A stretch of DNA of 63,025 nt, counting the filler, from Octopus bimaculoides (taxonomy: Eukaryota), in the NCBI RefSeq assembly GCF_001194135.2. It is 4 parts of 4 records of this genome, joined end to end, with 100 filler letters (N's around TTAATTAATTAA, not from the genome) between each part and the next. Parts side by side here need not be neighbours in the genome. Positions count along the whole stretch, not along the records: positions 21,668 to 49,616 come from NC_068981.1; 3 more parts are not named here. The stretch is one strand, 5' to 3'. Below are positions 26,097 to 38,420 of the stretch, in pieces. Numbering within the stretch: position 1 is the stretch's first letter; every line of letters starts with the position of its first letter. The notes below the pieces were generated by a model, which was given only the letters and a program-made list of their open reading frames with translations, was not told the DNA's origin and made no database searches. Made by a program: the position numbers and the translations under genes.

Positions 26097-26400
26097 AAGG
26101 CGTGTAGCCTAATGGTTAGGGTATTCGGTTCACTGTCATAATGCCGGAAGTTCGAATCCCTGCAGTGCGTTAAGTCCTTGAGCAAGGATTAGGGTTACTT
26201 CAATCCACTCTGCTGATAAAATAGAGTAGTACCTGTATTTCGAACGACCAGACTTCTTACATTCTATGTGACGCTGAATCTCCATGAGAAATATGTCAAA
26301 GATACGCATATCTGTAGAGTGCTCAAGCACTTGAACGTTAATTTCATGGGCAGGCTGTTCCGTTGGCCGGATCAACTAGAGCAGTTGTCGTAACCTTAAG
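26097..26400 (+). mobile_element. tRNA-derived SINE family D
   Basis: A box tagcctaatgg and B box gttcgaatcc followed by a non-tRNA body (gtccttgagcaagg...). Confidence 0.75.
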
Positions 26401-27947
26401 GAAATTTGGCCGCTGTTTTCAGCAAGTTCAGAGATCCCTATGGAGAACTTGGTTGTTTCAATATTTATTAATTGTTCCTCAATGGAAATATATGTACAAG
26501 TGATGTAGCTTCAAATGGGAATCGAAATCTGTTTCTGTAAATATTTTAAAATTAAATTTTAGCTTAATCAAGAGAAGGGGCTGTGACATCAGATGTCAAC
26601 CAATAATTAAAAGTAAAATATTGTTGACGAAGATAAAATCCTTTATTGATTTGGTATTATAGGAAACAGATAGTGCAACGTTCATATTTTTTAGACACTC
26701 AAATGGATTTTTTAAAGAATTAGGCTAAACCTTGAGTTCTGGTTGCATGTATAGTTGTGTCAATTGAAATATATGTGAAAACTTATAATTTACTAGTGAG
26801 TAGCAAGATTTTGTAACACACGTGCCTCTTAGTGAATTAGTCTCCGTGGTTATTGAAATAGCAGTACAGTCTTAGTAAACCAGAATCTTAACTGATGCTC
26901 AACGACTCTGTCAAATAACTACTTAATTAACCATGTGTGTCTCACTAAGCCGTTAGACTTCCCTGTTCACTTTTTGCAAGATAATTCTTAAATAAATAGT
27001 CATAAAGGTATTAAAATTATGTTTTATCTAACTCATCCGTATGTGCAGATCGGTTTTTGATAATATAAATATAACTGGATGAGGTGCATCTTTTTGTAAC
27101 ATGAAATGAACGTATTTTATCAAACGGAGCATATATTATATAACACTCGCATAAGAAAAAAATGAGATACAAGCTGCTCAACGTTATCATGCCCTGCAAA
27201 ATAAATTTACTCTGAAACGTTATGCCTCAAAAGACGTATAGATATACCGTGAATTTCAAGAAAAATAAACTACGCGTTTAGAAAAAGCACTAAGTGTTCG
27301 ATAAATGTTAATTATAATTTTGTTCAACACAAGTTTCATTAATAAAATAAGGTAGTGAAAATTTTTTATATTGTTTCTGAATTCTTAAGTTTAAATCGTA
27401 ATTTTAGTTTTTTTTTTAGTTTCCCCTGTGAGATACGCTTATATTTTTTACAATTGATTTTCAATATTTAACGAAATCAAGATAATTGGCAATTACTGCT
27501 GTACATGTATGCATTAAATAAGTTTTCTCGCGATTGTGAAGGAAAATAAAAAGATAGTAAAATGTTAATTGCGGATTTTGGGTGTTCAGTCACAGGGCAA
27601 AGTGAAGGGGTACATTGGATACGAGGGTGGAGTGCTGGGTGTGCGTCGAGTGCTACTTTAGAAGAGATGTAACAGTTGAATTAACACTATCAGAGTAGAC
27701 TGTGTAAATATGTGATTGTAGTATATTGGTGAATGCGTGGTAGCAGGAAATGAGTGTTATGTGCCATTCTGGTATTTGCAGTATCAGCAACTCGATAAAG
27801 TTTAATGTTTTCTTTATTTCTTTCCCAGCTTCCACAATATTTTGTAGGCTCACACAAATACTTGGCCGCACAATTACTGATGACCACATCAGTGATAGCA
27901 AGATCAAAAATCTGTGTCGAAACATATATTTAAAACAGTGTCCTCAC

Positions 27948-28008
27948 CTTGGTTATTACAGTTTCAAGGTTTCGGCTATTGAATCTACTAGCCTTTTTCA
28001 GTAATGTT
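27948..28008 (-). other. Candidate 61-nt exon
   Basis: ttcgaattttcag| acceptor and AAG|GTGAGG donor; only one open frame (x-TLLKKASRFNSRNLETVITK). No recognisable homology. Confidence 0.45.
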
Positions 28009-28458
28009 CTGAAAATTCGAAATCGAAATCTTTGTTAAATTCATGGCAGTAGATTGCCCGTTCTACGGGTATTCTCGTATTAGTTACTCTCGTACTGGCG
28101 ACGCATATTCCTCGTTCCGCTTTAACCAATGTATATACATAAAGAAATGAATACATGAACATGATCTATCCGATGTCTATGGACACTACGGACTGCACTG
28201 TAATCATCCCAGGGATACAGACTATGATCTTAAGAAACATGTAAGTTATGGAAACGCGCGTATCGATGCATTAAAATATGTATAAATTCCATCCAAAGAT
28301 CCTTGTTATTACTATATTTGCTCTACATTATATCAGCACAGCTCAGTGCAACCTCCAAGCACTGGTATCGCCAGTTGGCATCATTAAGCTGTAGCTGACA
28401 TAATATAATAGGTATTTTTATATGAACATTCAAAAGGTTTCCCGTAAACGAAATTAAA

Positions 28459-28489
<31 letters not shown>

Positions 28490-29109
28490 NNNNNNNNNNN
28501 NNNNNNNNNNNNNNNNNNNNNNNNNNNNNNNNNNNNNNNNNNNNNNNNNNNNNNNNNNNNNNNNNNNNNNNNNNNNNNNNNNNNNNNNNNNNNNNNNNNN
28601 NNNNNNNNNNNNNNNNNNNNNNNNNNNNNNNNNNNNNNNNNNNNNNNNNNNNNNNNNNNNNNNNNNNNNNNNNNNNNNNNNNNNNNNNNNNNNNNNNNNN
28701 NNNNNNNNNNNNNNNNNNNNNNNNNNNNNNNNNNNNNNNNNNNNNNNNNNNNNNNNNNNNNNNNNNNNNNNNNNNNNNNNNNNNNNNNNNNNNNNNNNNN
28801 NNNNNNNNNNNNNNNNNNNNNNNNNNNNNNNNNNNNNNNNNNNNNNNNNNNNNNNNNNNNNNNNNNNNNNNNNNNNNNNNNNNNNNNNNNNNNNNNNNNN
28901 NNNNNNNNNNNNNNNNNNNNNNNNNNNNNNNNNNNNNNNNNNNNNNNNNNNNNNNNNNNNNNNNNNNNNNNNNNNNNNNNNNNNNNNNNNNNNNNNNNNN
29001 NNNNNNNNNNNNNNNNNNNNNNNNNNNNNNNNNNNNNNNNNNNNNNNNNNNNNNNNNNNNNNNNNNNNNNNNNNNNNNNNNNNNNNNNNNNNNNNNNNNN
29101 NNNNNNNNN

Positions 29110-29254
<145 letters not shown>

Positions 29255-31314
29255 CCAAATATCTATTTCAATGCCTCCAAAGTAATTTACACTTAACACT
29301 TATATTCTCTATTTCATTTTCATGTCGAACAATTAGGTTATGGAAGGCAGGAGATTTAAACCAAACATTTTTTTTTCTATTTTAAAGGCTCTCATATGTA
29401 TTTCACCACTAATGATTAACCTTCCGAGAAGGTTGTCGAAACCCAGTGTATGCACTGATTCTCTCAGTCGTCTCACTTTCCAACGTTCGACATTGCTCTT
29501 CGTCTTTCCTTTGACCTCCACAAATTATCGGTCATGTTTAATTTTCGCATCTCCTCACGGATCACAACTGTATGATCTTTATTTAGCATTACTCTTACAG
29601 TGTTGCTGGTTTCGAATGTGTATTCACTACCAAACGTCATGACATATAACATTCACAGTTGTTGATCTCTGTTTAAAAAAAAAAAAATGGTGTTGCTCAT
29701 TTTTTAATAGTCACATGACATGCTGACGTTAAGCAACACTTAAAGAAAAAAAAAGTACAAATGTTTTGTAATAATCGACTGCTAGGAATAGTAGCCAAAT
29801 ATTTCTGATAATGCTGTACGATGTAAATAATACTTGAAAAATGAATAGACAATATAGTCATGGCTGAAATTCCTTTGAGAATGGTTTCACCAAGGTTGAC
29901 CTGGCGCCAAACATAGACAACGATAATAAGAAATGTTCTATATGTTTAAAATAATACTATAGTTAGTGTTTTCTTGACTGATGTTATTTGCCGTTAGACT
30001 ATGGTAAATCTTTTATAATTCTTACATTTACATAGTTAAAAGTTTAGGTTGAATGTATGATCCCAGGTATATGCTTCAATGTATTTCATTGACCCCTAAA
30101 ATTCAGAAATGCATAAGAACAAACGAAAAAATGTAAACTATCTTAGGTCGCTAGTCTACGTTCTGTCTGAAAATGCTCTCTTGAGAAAAAATAGAAAAAA
30201 AATGGAAAGAAAAGTATTGGAATTGGTTTATGAAACCAGACAAGTGGGAAGTCTTTCAATGGATTGCAGATGTCGCCTACGACTGACTCTCTTTCTGCTG
30301 ATGCCAGAGTGCAAATGTTTTGGCAGCAGTAGTAAACTATTTTACTGAAGGATAATGAAAGAAGGAAAATAAAATGGAATAAAAAATATGAAATCCGAAA
30401 AATAAAATAGAATCTGAAAGCCAAAACAAACCAGTAAAAGGAAATAAATGAATAAATATATTAAAGATAAATAGGAAAAATGAATACATTTAAACAACTA
30501 AATAAGACTCAAAGGTATGAACCAGATTTAACTGGGTGATGCTGAAATGACCCGAGGGCAAGGAAAATCCTAACTGATTAAAGGAAAGGAAAATGCGTTG
30601 GAGAAATTTGGTACACGTTAGTGCCTTTTAGTTGTGTATTTGAGACTGGAAGGGGAAGTAGAGGAATAACCAAGGGAGATGTTAGAAATAATGGGCCATA
30701 GGGAGTTAGAAAGATTAGCAGAGAACAGGGGGATTTGAAAAGTAGAGGGTTTATGAAAGAGTTAAAAAGGAATGGAAGAGACATTCAGGAAAATATGCGA
30801 TGAGAGAAGATGGAGATAGAGAAACAAGAGAGAGAAAGTGATTAAGAATAGAAAAAAAATGGGAAAGACAAGAAAGAGAGCCGGGGAACGCAGAGATGGT
30901 TGAAGAAGAAAAGTTGAGCATCACAGTATAACTATGTGTGTGTGTACGCGTGTGTAAGTATGTGTGTGTGCATGTATGTACGTATGTTTTATGTATGTAT
31001 GTATGTATGAATTTTTGAATGTATGTATGTATGGATCTTTGAATAAATGTATGTGCATATATATGTATGAATCTTTGTATGTGTCATTACTCAGTTTTAT
31101 TTCAAAATTTCTTGCCAATAGAGAAAGAACTGGTTTCTAACCTAGATCCAAAGCTCCTTCATTGAAATTTCAACATCAACAACAGGGTATGTATGTATGT
31201 ATGCATGTATGTATGTATGTATTGATGTATGTATGTATGTATGTATATATGTATGTATGTGTGTGTGTATGTATGCATGCATGTACGTACGTATGTATGA
31301 ATAAACGTGCTTAC

Positions 31315-31458
31315 TCGTCAGAAAAAGCAAGCGTAGTAGAATAAGCTAAAAGTATTGGATATTAACCGGGTTGGTCATATTCCTGTTGTTAATGGGTTTA
31401 ATTAAATAGTTTTGCCAAACTTTAAAAAGAAAAATTCAGTCAGATTTATATATAAAAG
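31315..31458 (-). promoter_or_regulatory. Candidate TATA box plus short first exon (donor CGA|GTAAGC, intron starts 31314)
   Basis: Near-palindromic tttatatataaaag at 31445-31458; donor about 130 nt downstream on the minus strand. Confidence 0.25.
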
Positions 31459-31576
31459 GGATCCTAGGCGGGTATATATATAAGGGGGTCTCGAGATACT
31501 TTTGACCGTGAATCGTCCGGTCTTTCGATCAACAGGACTATATGCACATTATATTGTACAGTGTGAAGGGGGCAAA

Positions 31577-31725
31577 CTAGCGGAATCGTAAGAGCATGCA
31601 TCGGACCAAATGCGTTTTAACCATTCGGGTCCGATAAAATAAATTACGAGTCAAGCATTGGGGGCGATGCAATCGACTTACACCCGCCCTCATAATCACC
31701 GGCCTTGTGCCAAAATGAGAAATAA
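31577..31725 (+). mobile_element. SINE family A, degenerate
   Basis: ggggcaaactagcggaatcg...cgataaaataa...cgatgcaatcgactta. Confidence 0.65.
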
Positions 31726-32573
31726 TGATAGAGTGTAAGTGACTGAATATTCGACAGACGCTTGTGTCCTTATCATATCATCGTCTTGAAAAAAGGGTTA
31801 TGTGGTCTTGAGTAAAATATCAGTCAAAACAAAGCAGACCAGTCATTGTTGGAATATATTCGATCATACGTCTCATGGAACTGATATGATGTAGGGGTTA
31901 TGCAATAAAAATAACAAGTAAATGAAAAAAGGGGGCAGAGGGTGGACAAAAGTAGAGAGAAAGGGAGAGAAAGAGAAGGAGAGAGAAAGATATAAGGAGA
32001 GAGAGAGAGAGAATTAGAGATACACATACATATTCGCACATACGTCGACACAAATGCTTGCACTAATAAAATGAGTGGAGATAAGAAATAGAGTGAGACA
32101 TTATACATATGCACATAGCACTGAGATTTTTCAGTGCTCAGATAAAGGCCAACGTACGAAATTCCCAGCTCTTGCGTTAATCTGTAACTTTTGGTGATTA
32201 TTAATAATAAACGCATGTATACTCATTCTTTGAGTTCTGTTTTTTCTCTTTGGATCACTAAACCTAAAATTACGAATATATATACCATTAATATACCAAG
32301 ATGAACTCCAAGACGATAATTTATACCTCATTGATAACATAATGAGTTATAAATAAGGCAAATTATTTAGTTTCCATGCATTTAAGTATTCAGTCTTCAA
32401 TCGATTTTGTATTTCATACTTGACGATAAAAGTACAAATATATACGTATTTAGTAACCAACGAGAAAGCCTGTATAATGTAATCTCTTAAAAATTGCAGC
32501 CAAATCTTTCTTTTCATATCTACACGCCCAAAATAGGGAAGGATTAGAAAAAGCATGAAACAACACACATACA

Positions 32574-32694
<121 letters not shown>

Positions 32695-32701
32695 GCAGAT
32701 A

Positions 32702-33810
32702 TCAAGTCATCTCATAAGTTCTGTCCGAATTTTGAATAAAGAAATCAAGTGATCAAATGTTATATGTTATTGAAATTTTATCATGAATGTACTTTCCCTG
32801 ATTATCTAGGACTTCCTTCCACCGATTTACAAGCTTTCTAATCCCGAGGAATTTTTTCTCAACCAAGCTCTTCGATCTTCTGTGATGTGATCTTTGCAGT
32901 GTGGGGACGCGCATTGCTCTGATGAAACATCACTCCTTTTCGATTCACTACAGTGGGTCTTTTTCTCTTCAAAGCTTGGTTCAAACGTTCTAATTGCTGA
33001 CAGTAGACTTGAGCATTGATTGTTGCATTAGGTGGTAACAATTCAAAGTGAATCCCACCGGATAAAGAGAAGAACCTTTTTCCCATGAAGTTCCCTTCTT
33101 GGTTGTGGTTGAGCTCTTTCCCTTTTACCAAGGTACTGTTTACGACGTTTAACGTTTCGATAAAAGATCCATTTTTCGTCACCAAACACAAGTCTATCCA
33201 AAAAGGGTGAAATGAGTTTGCGAGAATGGAGAGAAGTGCAGATGTCAACTCGGGATTTGCGGTTGCTTTCGGACAATTCATGAGGCACCCATTTTCCGAC
33301 TTTAGGAACCTTTCCAAGTTGTTGAAGATGACGATGAACAGTTGTATGGTTTGAACTAAGCTTTGTTGCCAATTCTTCAACTGATAATGCAGGATTTTCT
33401 TCAAGTATTTCCCCAAGGAGCTTATCATCAAACTCAACTGGACGTCCTGTTCGATCTTCCGCTTCAAGGCTGAAATCTCCACTTCTGAATTTTGCAAACT
33501 ATCTTCTGCAAGTTCTTTCATTCAAGCATTCTTTCCCATAAACTGAGTGTATGTTTCGCGTGGCTTCGGCTGCAGAGTTTCCTTTTTTGTACTCATAAAG
33601 ATCTTTGGATAGTTGCATGTTAGAAAGGATTTTAATCAAAGAAATTTTAATTCTAAAAATTTTAATTCTGTAAAAAAATATTTAATTAGTTTAAATGTAT
33701 ACAAACGCATACAAATAATTTTTAATCGCATGACACATTCTAAAATACTATTAAATTTCATTCAATTTTAAACAAAGGTAAAATCGGACAGAACTTATGG
33801 GATGACCTGA
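32702..33810 (-). mobile_element. Mariner (second family), internally deleted, non-autonomous
   Basis: 27-bp TIRs tca(a/g)gtcatc(t/c)cataagttctgtccga with TA flanks; ATG at 33618; WVPHEL and GDEKW motifs. The YSPDL...D segment is missing at about 32847; 1109 bp. Confidence 0.93.
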
Positions 33811-34166
33811 TATATACGTATATTCATTCGTACATATATTCGCATACTTTATATACATTCGTATATATATATTGCAGATGGTGAAACCTCATTGCCTGAT
33901 TAATAAATTATATACATATACATACATATATTTACATACATAAATACATATGTAGACGCACCTGTATATCTCATATATAGAGAAATAAGTATGTATATAC
34001 ACATATACACACATTCAGAAAGCAAGCATTCACACACCCACAGACAAAGCCCACATACAAATTGATTTCTGTTAAATTTGTGGAGACACGCTTGCTTCCA
34101 AGAATATTTTAATTGGAATGAGCATGCGAAATATCTATTTGCAAAAATTTGGAGTAAAATCTGTCA

Positions 34167-34167
34167 T

Positions 34168-34230
<63 letters not shown>

Positions 34231-34305
34231 AACTGTTGCTGCTGCTGCTATCGCTGCTGCTGCTTCTGACGCTACTTCCACCGCTGTCACAGCTGCTGCT
34301 GCTGA
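34167..34305. repeat. (ACT)n/(GCT)n trinucleotide tract
   Basis: Directly visible. Confidence 0.9.
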
Positions 34306-35599
34306 AATCTTGTGATGTAACAACCAATGATGATCGAATCAAAACTGTCAAATTAAAAAAAAAATATTGATTTTCTGCTGGCGGTTTCGCCCCATATAAT
34401 GATTGAATATACAAATAGTTCCCCTATACATATACATCATCGTGTGTACATGGATCAATTGTCTGTATATATATGTATTATTGGTTTTAAATATATGTAC
34501 ACATGTTTATAAATGTAAGTGCATGTATTCATGTATTTATGACTATATATATTTGTATATATATATATGTGTGTGTGTGTGTCTATGTGTGTGTGTGTAT
34601 GTATGTACGTATATATATATNNNNNNNNNNNNNNNNNNNNNNNNNNNNNNNNNNNNNNNNNNNNNNNNNNNNNNNNNNNNNNNNNNNNNNNNNNNNNNNN
34701 NNNNNNNNNNNNNNNNNNNNNNNNNNNNNNNNNNNNNNNNNNNNNNNNNNNNNNNNNNNNNNNNNNNNNNNNNNNNNNNNNNNNNNNNNNNNNNNNNNNN
34801 NNNNNNNNNNNNNNNNNNNNNNNNNNNNNNNNNNNNNNNNNNNNNNNNNNNNNNNNNNNNNNNNNNNNNNNNNNNNNNNNNNNNNNNNNNNNNNNNNNNN
34901 NNNNNNNNNNNNNNNNNNNNNNNNNNNNNNNNNNNNNNNNNNNNNNNNNNNNNNNNNNNNNNNNNNNNNNNNNNNNNNNNNNNNNCATGTTTATAAATGT
35001 AAGTGCATGTATTCATGTATTTATGACTATATATATTTGTATATATATATATGTGTGTGTATGTATGTATATACATACATACACACACATATATATATAT
35101 GTATGTACGTCTGCATGTATGTATATGTACATATGAATGTATCAACATTCGTATACATCGTTATTGCAAGAATTGTAGCGTAATTATATCTATATATGTA
35201 AGTAAATCCTTAAGTAAGAAATTTTATGACATTTTAGAATGGTAAACGAAGATTGTAAGATGGTATATTTAATACAAATGTTGCTTCTAATGGCGATTTT
35301 GGACACTGTATTTTATCAAAACTCATTGTCTATAACTTTCTATTCACTGCGAACACATCTCTTTTCAAATGCTACTCCGAATTCTGGTGTTTTGAATATA
35401 TTGCCAGAGCGTATATAGCGAATAAAACATCAAAATTATATACAATTTCATAATTGAAATTTGTTGTATGGATTTATTCTCATGTACAATGATCCAAAGA
35501 TCAATGTTTGTGATTCCTTTTTATTTCTCATTATTTCCGAGATTTCAGTCTTTATCGGGAAAAGGCACATTGGAAAATACTGATATATATATATATATT

Positions 35600-35985
35600 A
35601 TTTTATTTGTTTCAGTCATTTGATTGCGGCCATGTTGGAGCACAGTCTTTAGTCGAAAACATCGACTTCAGGACTTATTCTTTGTAAGCCAAGTAATTGT
35701 TCTATCGGTAACTTTTGCCGAATCGTTCAGTTACGGGGACGTAAATTTACCAACATCGGTTGTCAAGCAATGGTGCGACAAACACAAGCACACAAATACA
35801 CACACGTATACACATATATAGATACGACGGGCTTCTTTAAGTTTCCGTCTACCAATTCCTCTCACAGGGCTTTAATCGGCCCGAGGCTACAGTAAAAAAA
35901 TAGTTGCCCGAGGTGCCACGCAGTAGGAGTGAACCTGGAACCATGTAGTTAGAAAGCAAGCTTTTTGCCACACAACTACGCCTTA
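35600..35985 (-). mobile_element. SINE family B, near full length, CpG-retaining
   Basis: Collinear with 16894-17264 but keeps CpGs. Confidence 0.88.
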
Positions 35986-36010
35986 TATATACCTATATAT
36001 ATATATATAT

Positions 36011-37630
36011 ACCTTCAACAGAAAACTCGAACTCTACAAAAAAGGACTACACAATTTCTTCAAAAACCAAGGACTATCCATTACTATTGAAAAAGATAGC
36101 AACTCTGTGAATTTCCTAGACGTTAACTTTAATCTTAATACTTCCTCCTATCAGCCTTCCCATAAACCTAATAACAATATCACATACATAAACGCTCAAA
36201 GTAACTATCCTTATAACATTATAAAAAACCTGACCATTAGCATAGGAAGAAGAATCAATCTATTATCATTTAACGAAAAATATTTTGACAAACATAAAGA
36301 CTGCTATAATCTAGCATTTAAAAAGGCAGGATATAAATATGAATTTAAGTTCACTAAAAACAACAGCATGAATGCTAATAATACCAAAATTTATCTTGAT
36401 ATGAACAACATAGACAATATTAGTGAACCTAAGTTAACTGATGAATTAGTACACCCGACAAAAAAATAAAAAAACTCTCATTAATAATCATCAACACAAC
36501 ATTAGCGATAGACACAAAATTCACAACCACAATAAACATGCTAAAAAACTTAATTGATACGAGCACAATAACCAAAACTTTACTAAAAGAAAAAATAATA
36601 TTAATTTTAGCAATTCACAAATCACTAATAATAATATATAGAAAAACAAGAATACTGACAACAAACACCAAAAACACTGAATTATAGATAAAAATAAGAA
36701 CATTATACCAATAAACATAAAAAATGAAAATAATCTCATCTCACCAAATCCCTCCAATAATACACATAACCACAGAGATCATATTAATATCGATAGAAAT
36801 AAAATAAAATAAACAGAAACCAATACCATGTGTAAGAATAGATGACCCCCAAGACATAACCCATCACTCTAACAAAGAAAACAACAATAATACTACTTGG
36901 ATCATAATACCCTTTGCCAAACAACTAAAATCGAATGTTATTAGATCCATTAGAAATATAATTAATAAAAACTTTAAAAACTCCAAATAGGCAAAAATAT
37001 TTAATAACAATAAAAATCAGATTTGCATTTTCAGTCGCTCCACACCTTTTTAGAATAATCTCTTCTCTTAATAAGAAACTGGACCTATTCTATATATAAA
37101 AAAAAAACTTCATCCAATATGACTAGCAACTCAAATAATTCTATAACTAACAACTACTATTATGATAATAACCCAAACTCCATTATCCCTAATAAATATA
37201 GACATAATATAATACCACCCAATAATTTAACTTGTGATTGCAGAGACCCAAATACTTGTGAGGTAGATAGAAATTGCAAAATGAAAGAAGTAGTATACCA
37301 AGCAACCATTTTTACTCATAACTTCTCTAAGAATTCTATAAAATTACGAATAAATAATCATAGATAATTCTTTAATGACCCTAGAAAAGAGAATAGCACA
37401 GGTCTATCTAAAAACATTTGGTAACTCAAAAGAAACAATATCGATTACTCAATATCTTGGAAAATCTTATCTTCTGCCCCATCTTACAGATATAATAACA
37501 AAATTTGTCGGTTATGCTTGGAAGAAAGCTACAATATAACGAGAATGAATGGACATTTGGTTAACACTAGGGATGAAAAATTTTTTCATGTAAACACATG
37601 ACCAAATTCCTTTTCATTAATCATAAATTA
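36011..37630 (+). mobile_element. Penelope-like retroelement, 5'-truncated and degenerate (RT thumb, linker, GIY-YIG region)
   Basis: GLSITIEKDSNSVNFLDVNFNL...KPNNNITYINAQSNYP; WIIIPF...KIFNNN...; CDCRDPNTC...C...VVYQA; SKNIW.LK...YSISWKIL...ICRLCLEE. Stops and indels throughout. Confidence 0.82.
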
Positions 37631-38155
37631 TACTCGCTCCTTACTTTACTTTTGTAATAGCATTTCCTTTTTTTCTAATATCTCTATCTTTTTAAAAGTA
37701 TCTCTACATACTAACCCTTCCTATGGGATTCGATTATTAATCATCACATCTTCTGCACAACACCTTATCTTACACTATATTGATATATATATATATTTAT
37801 TATTTAACTCACCCCTATAATAATCGCATGACCTTCCTTATATTGGGCTAAAACTTTCTCCAAATCTCTCTACACCTCCCTTTCTCTCAATATATTTTTA
37901 TATCTTTCCTTAGTATATAATATATCTATCACCTTTGTAATTTATTTTATTTGCATATTATGTACTTAACAAAAATCCACTCCACTTACCTATTTTAATT
38001 AATAATGTTTTGATATCACTTGCCATTCTACCTGATATTTAATTATATGTTACCGCTAATATATGCAAAAACATAAAATAATTCTTGATGTCCAAATTGC
38101 CTACAACAATGTGCGCATTTCTAGATATAGATGCTATTTATCATTGTGTATATCT

Positions 38156-38325
38156 ATTATTATTATTATTACTATTACTATTGTGTGCTTATTAACTATA
38201 TGTTACGACTAATATGTATTTTTAATATGAACGTGTGCACATATAAGTATAAGTATGTTCAACACATACACACACACACAAACGTATATATATATATATA
38301 CGACTATACATACATATATACATAC

Positions 38326-38411
<86 letters not shown>

Positions 38412-38420
38412 ATGTATAAT
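38156..38420. repeat. (TAT)n and TA/CA microsatellites
   Basis: Directly visible. Confidence 0.9.

Noticed and set aside
26097-26170. tRNA gene
   Set aside because: Has A and B boxes but no closing acceptor stem or Pol III terminator, and continues into a SINE body also seen at 20040.
27750-28004. Plus-strand ORF/exon (STIFCRLTQILGRTITDD...)
   Set aside because: No good donor or homology; overlaps a better-supported minus-strand exon.
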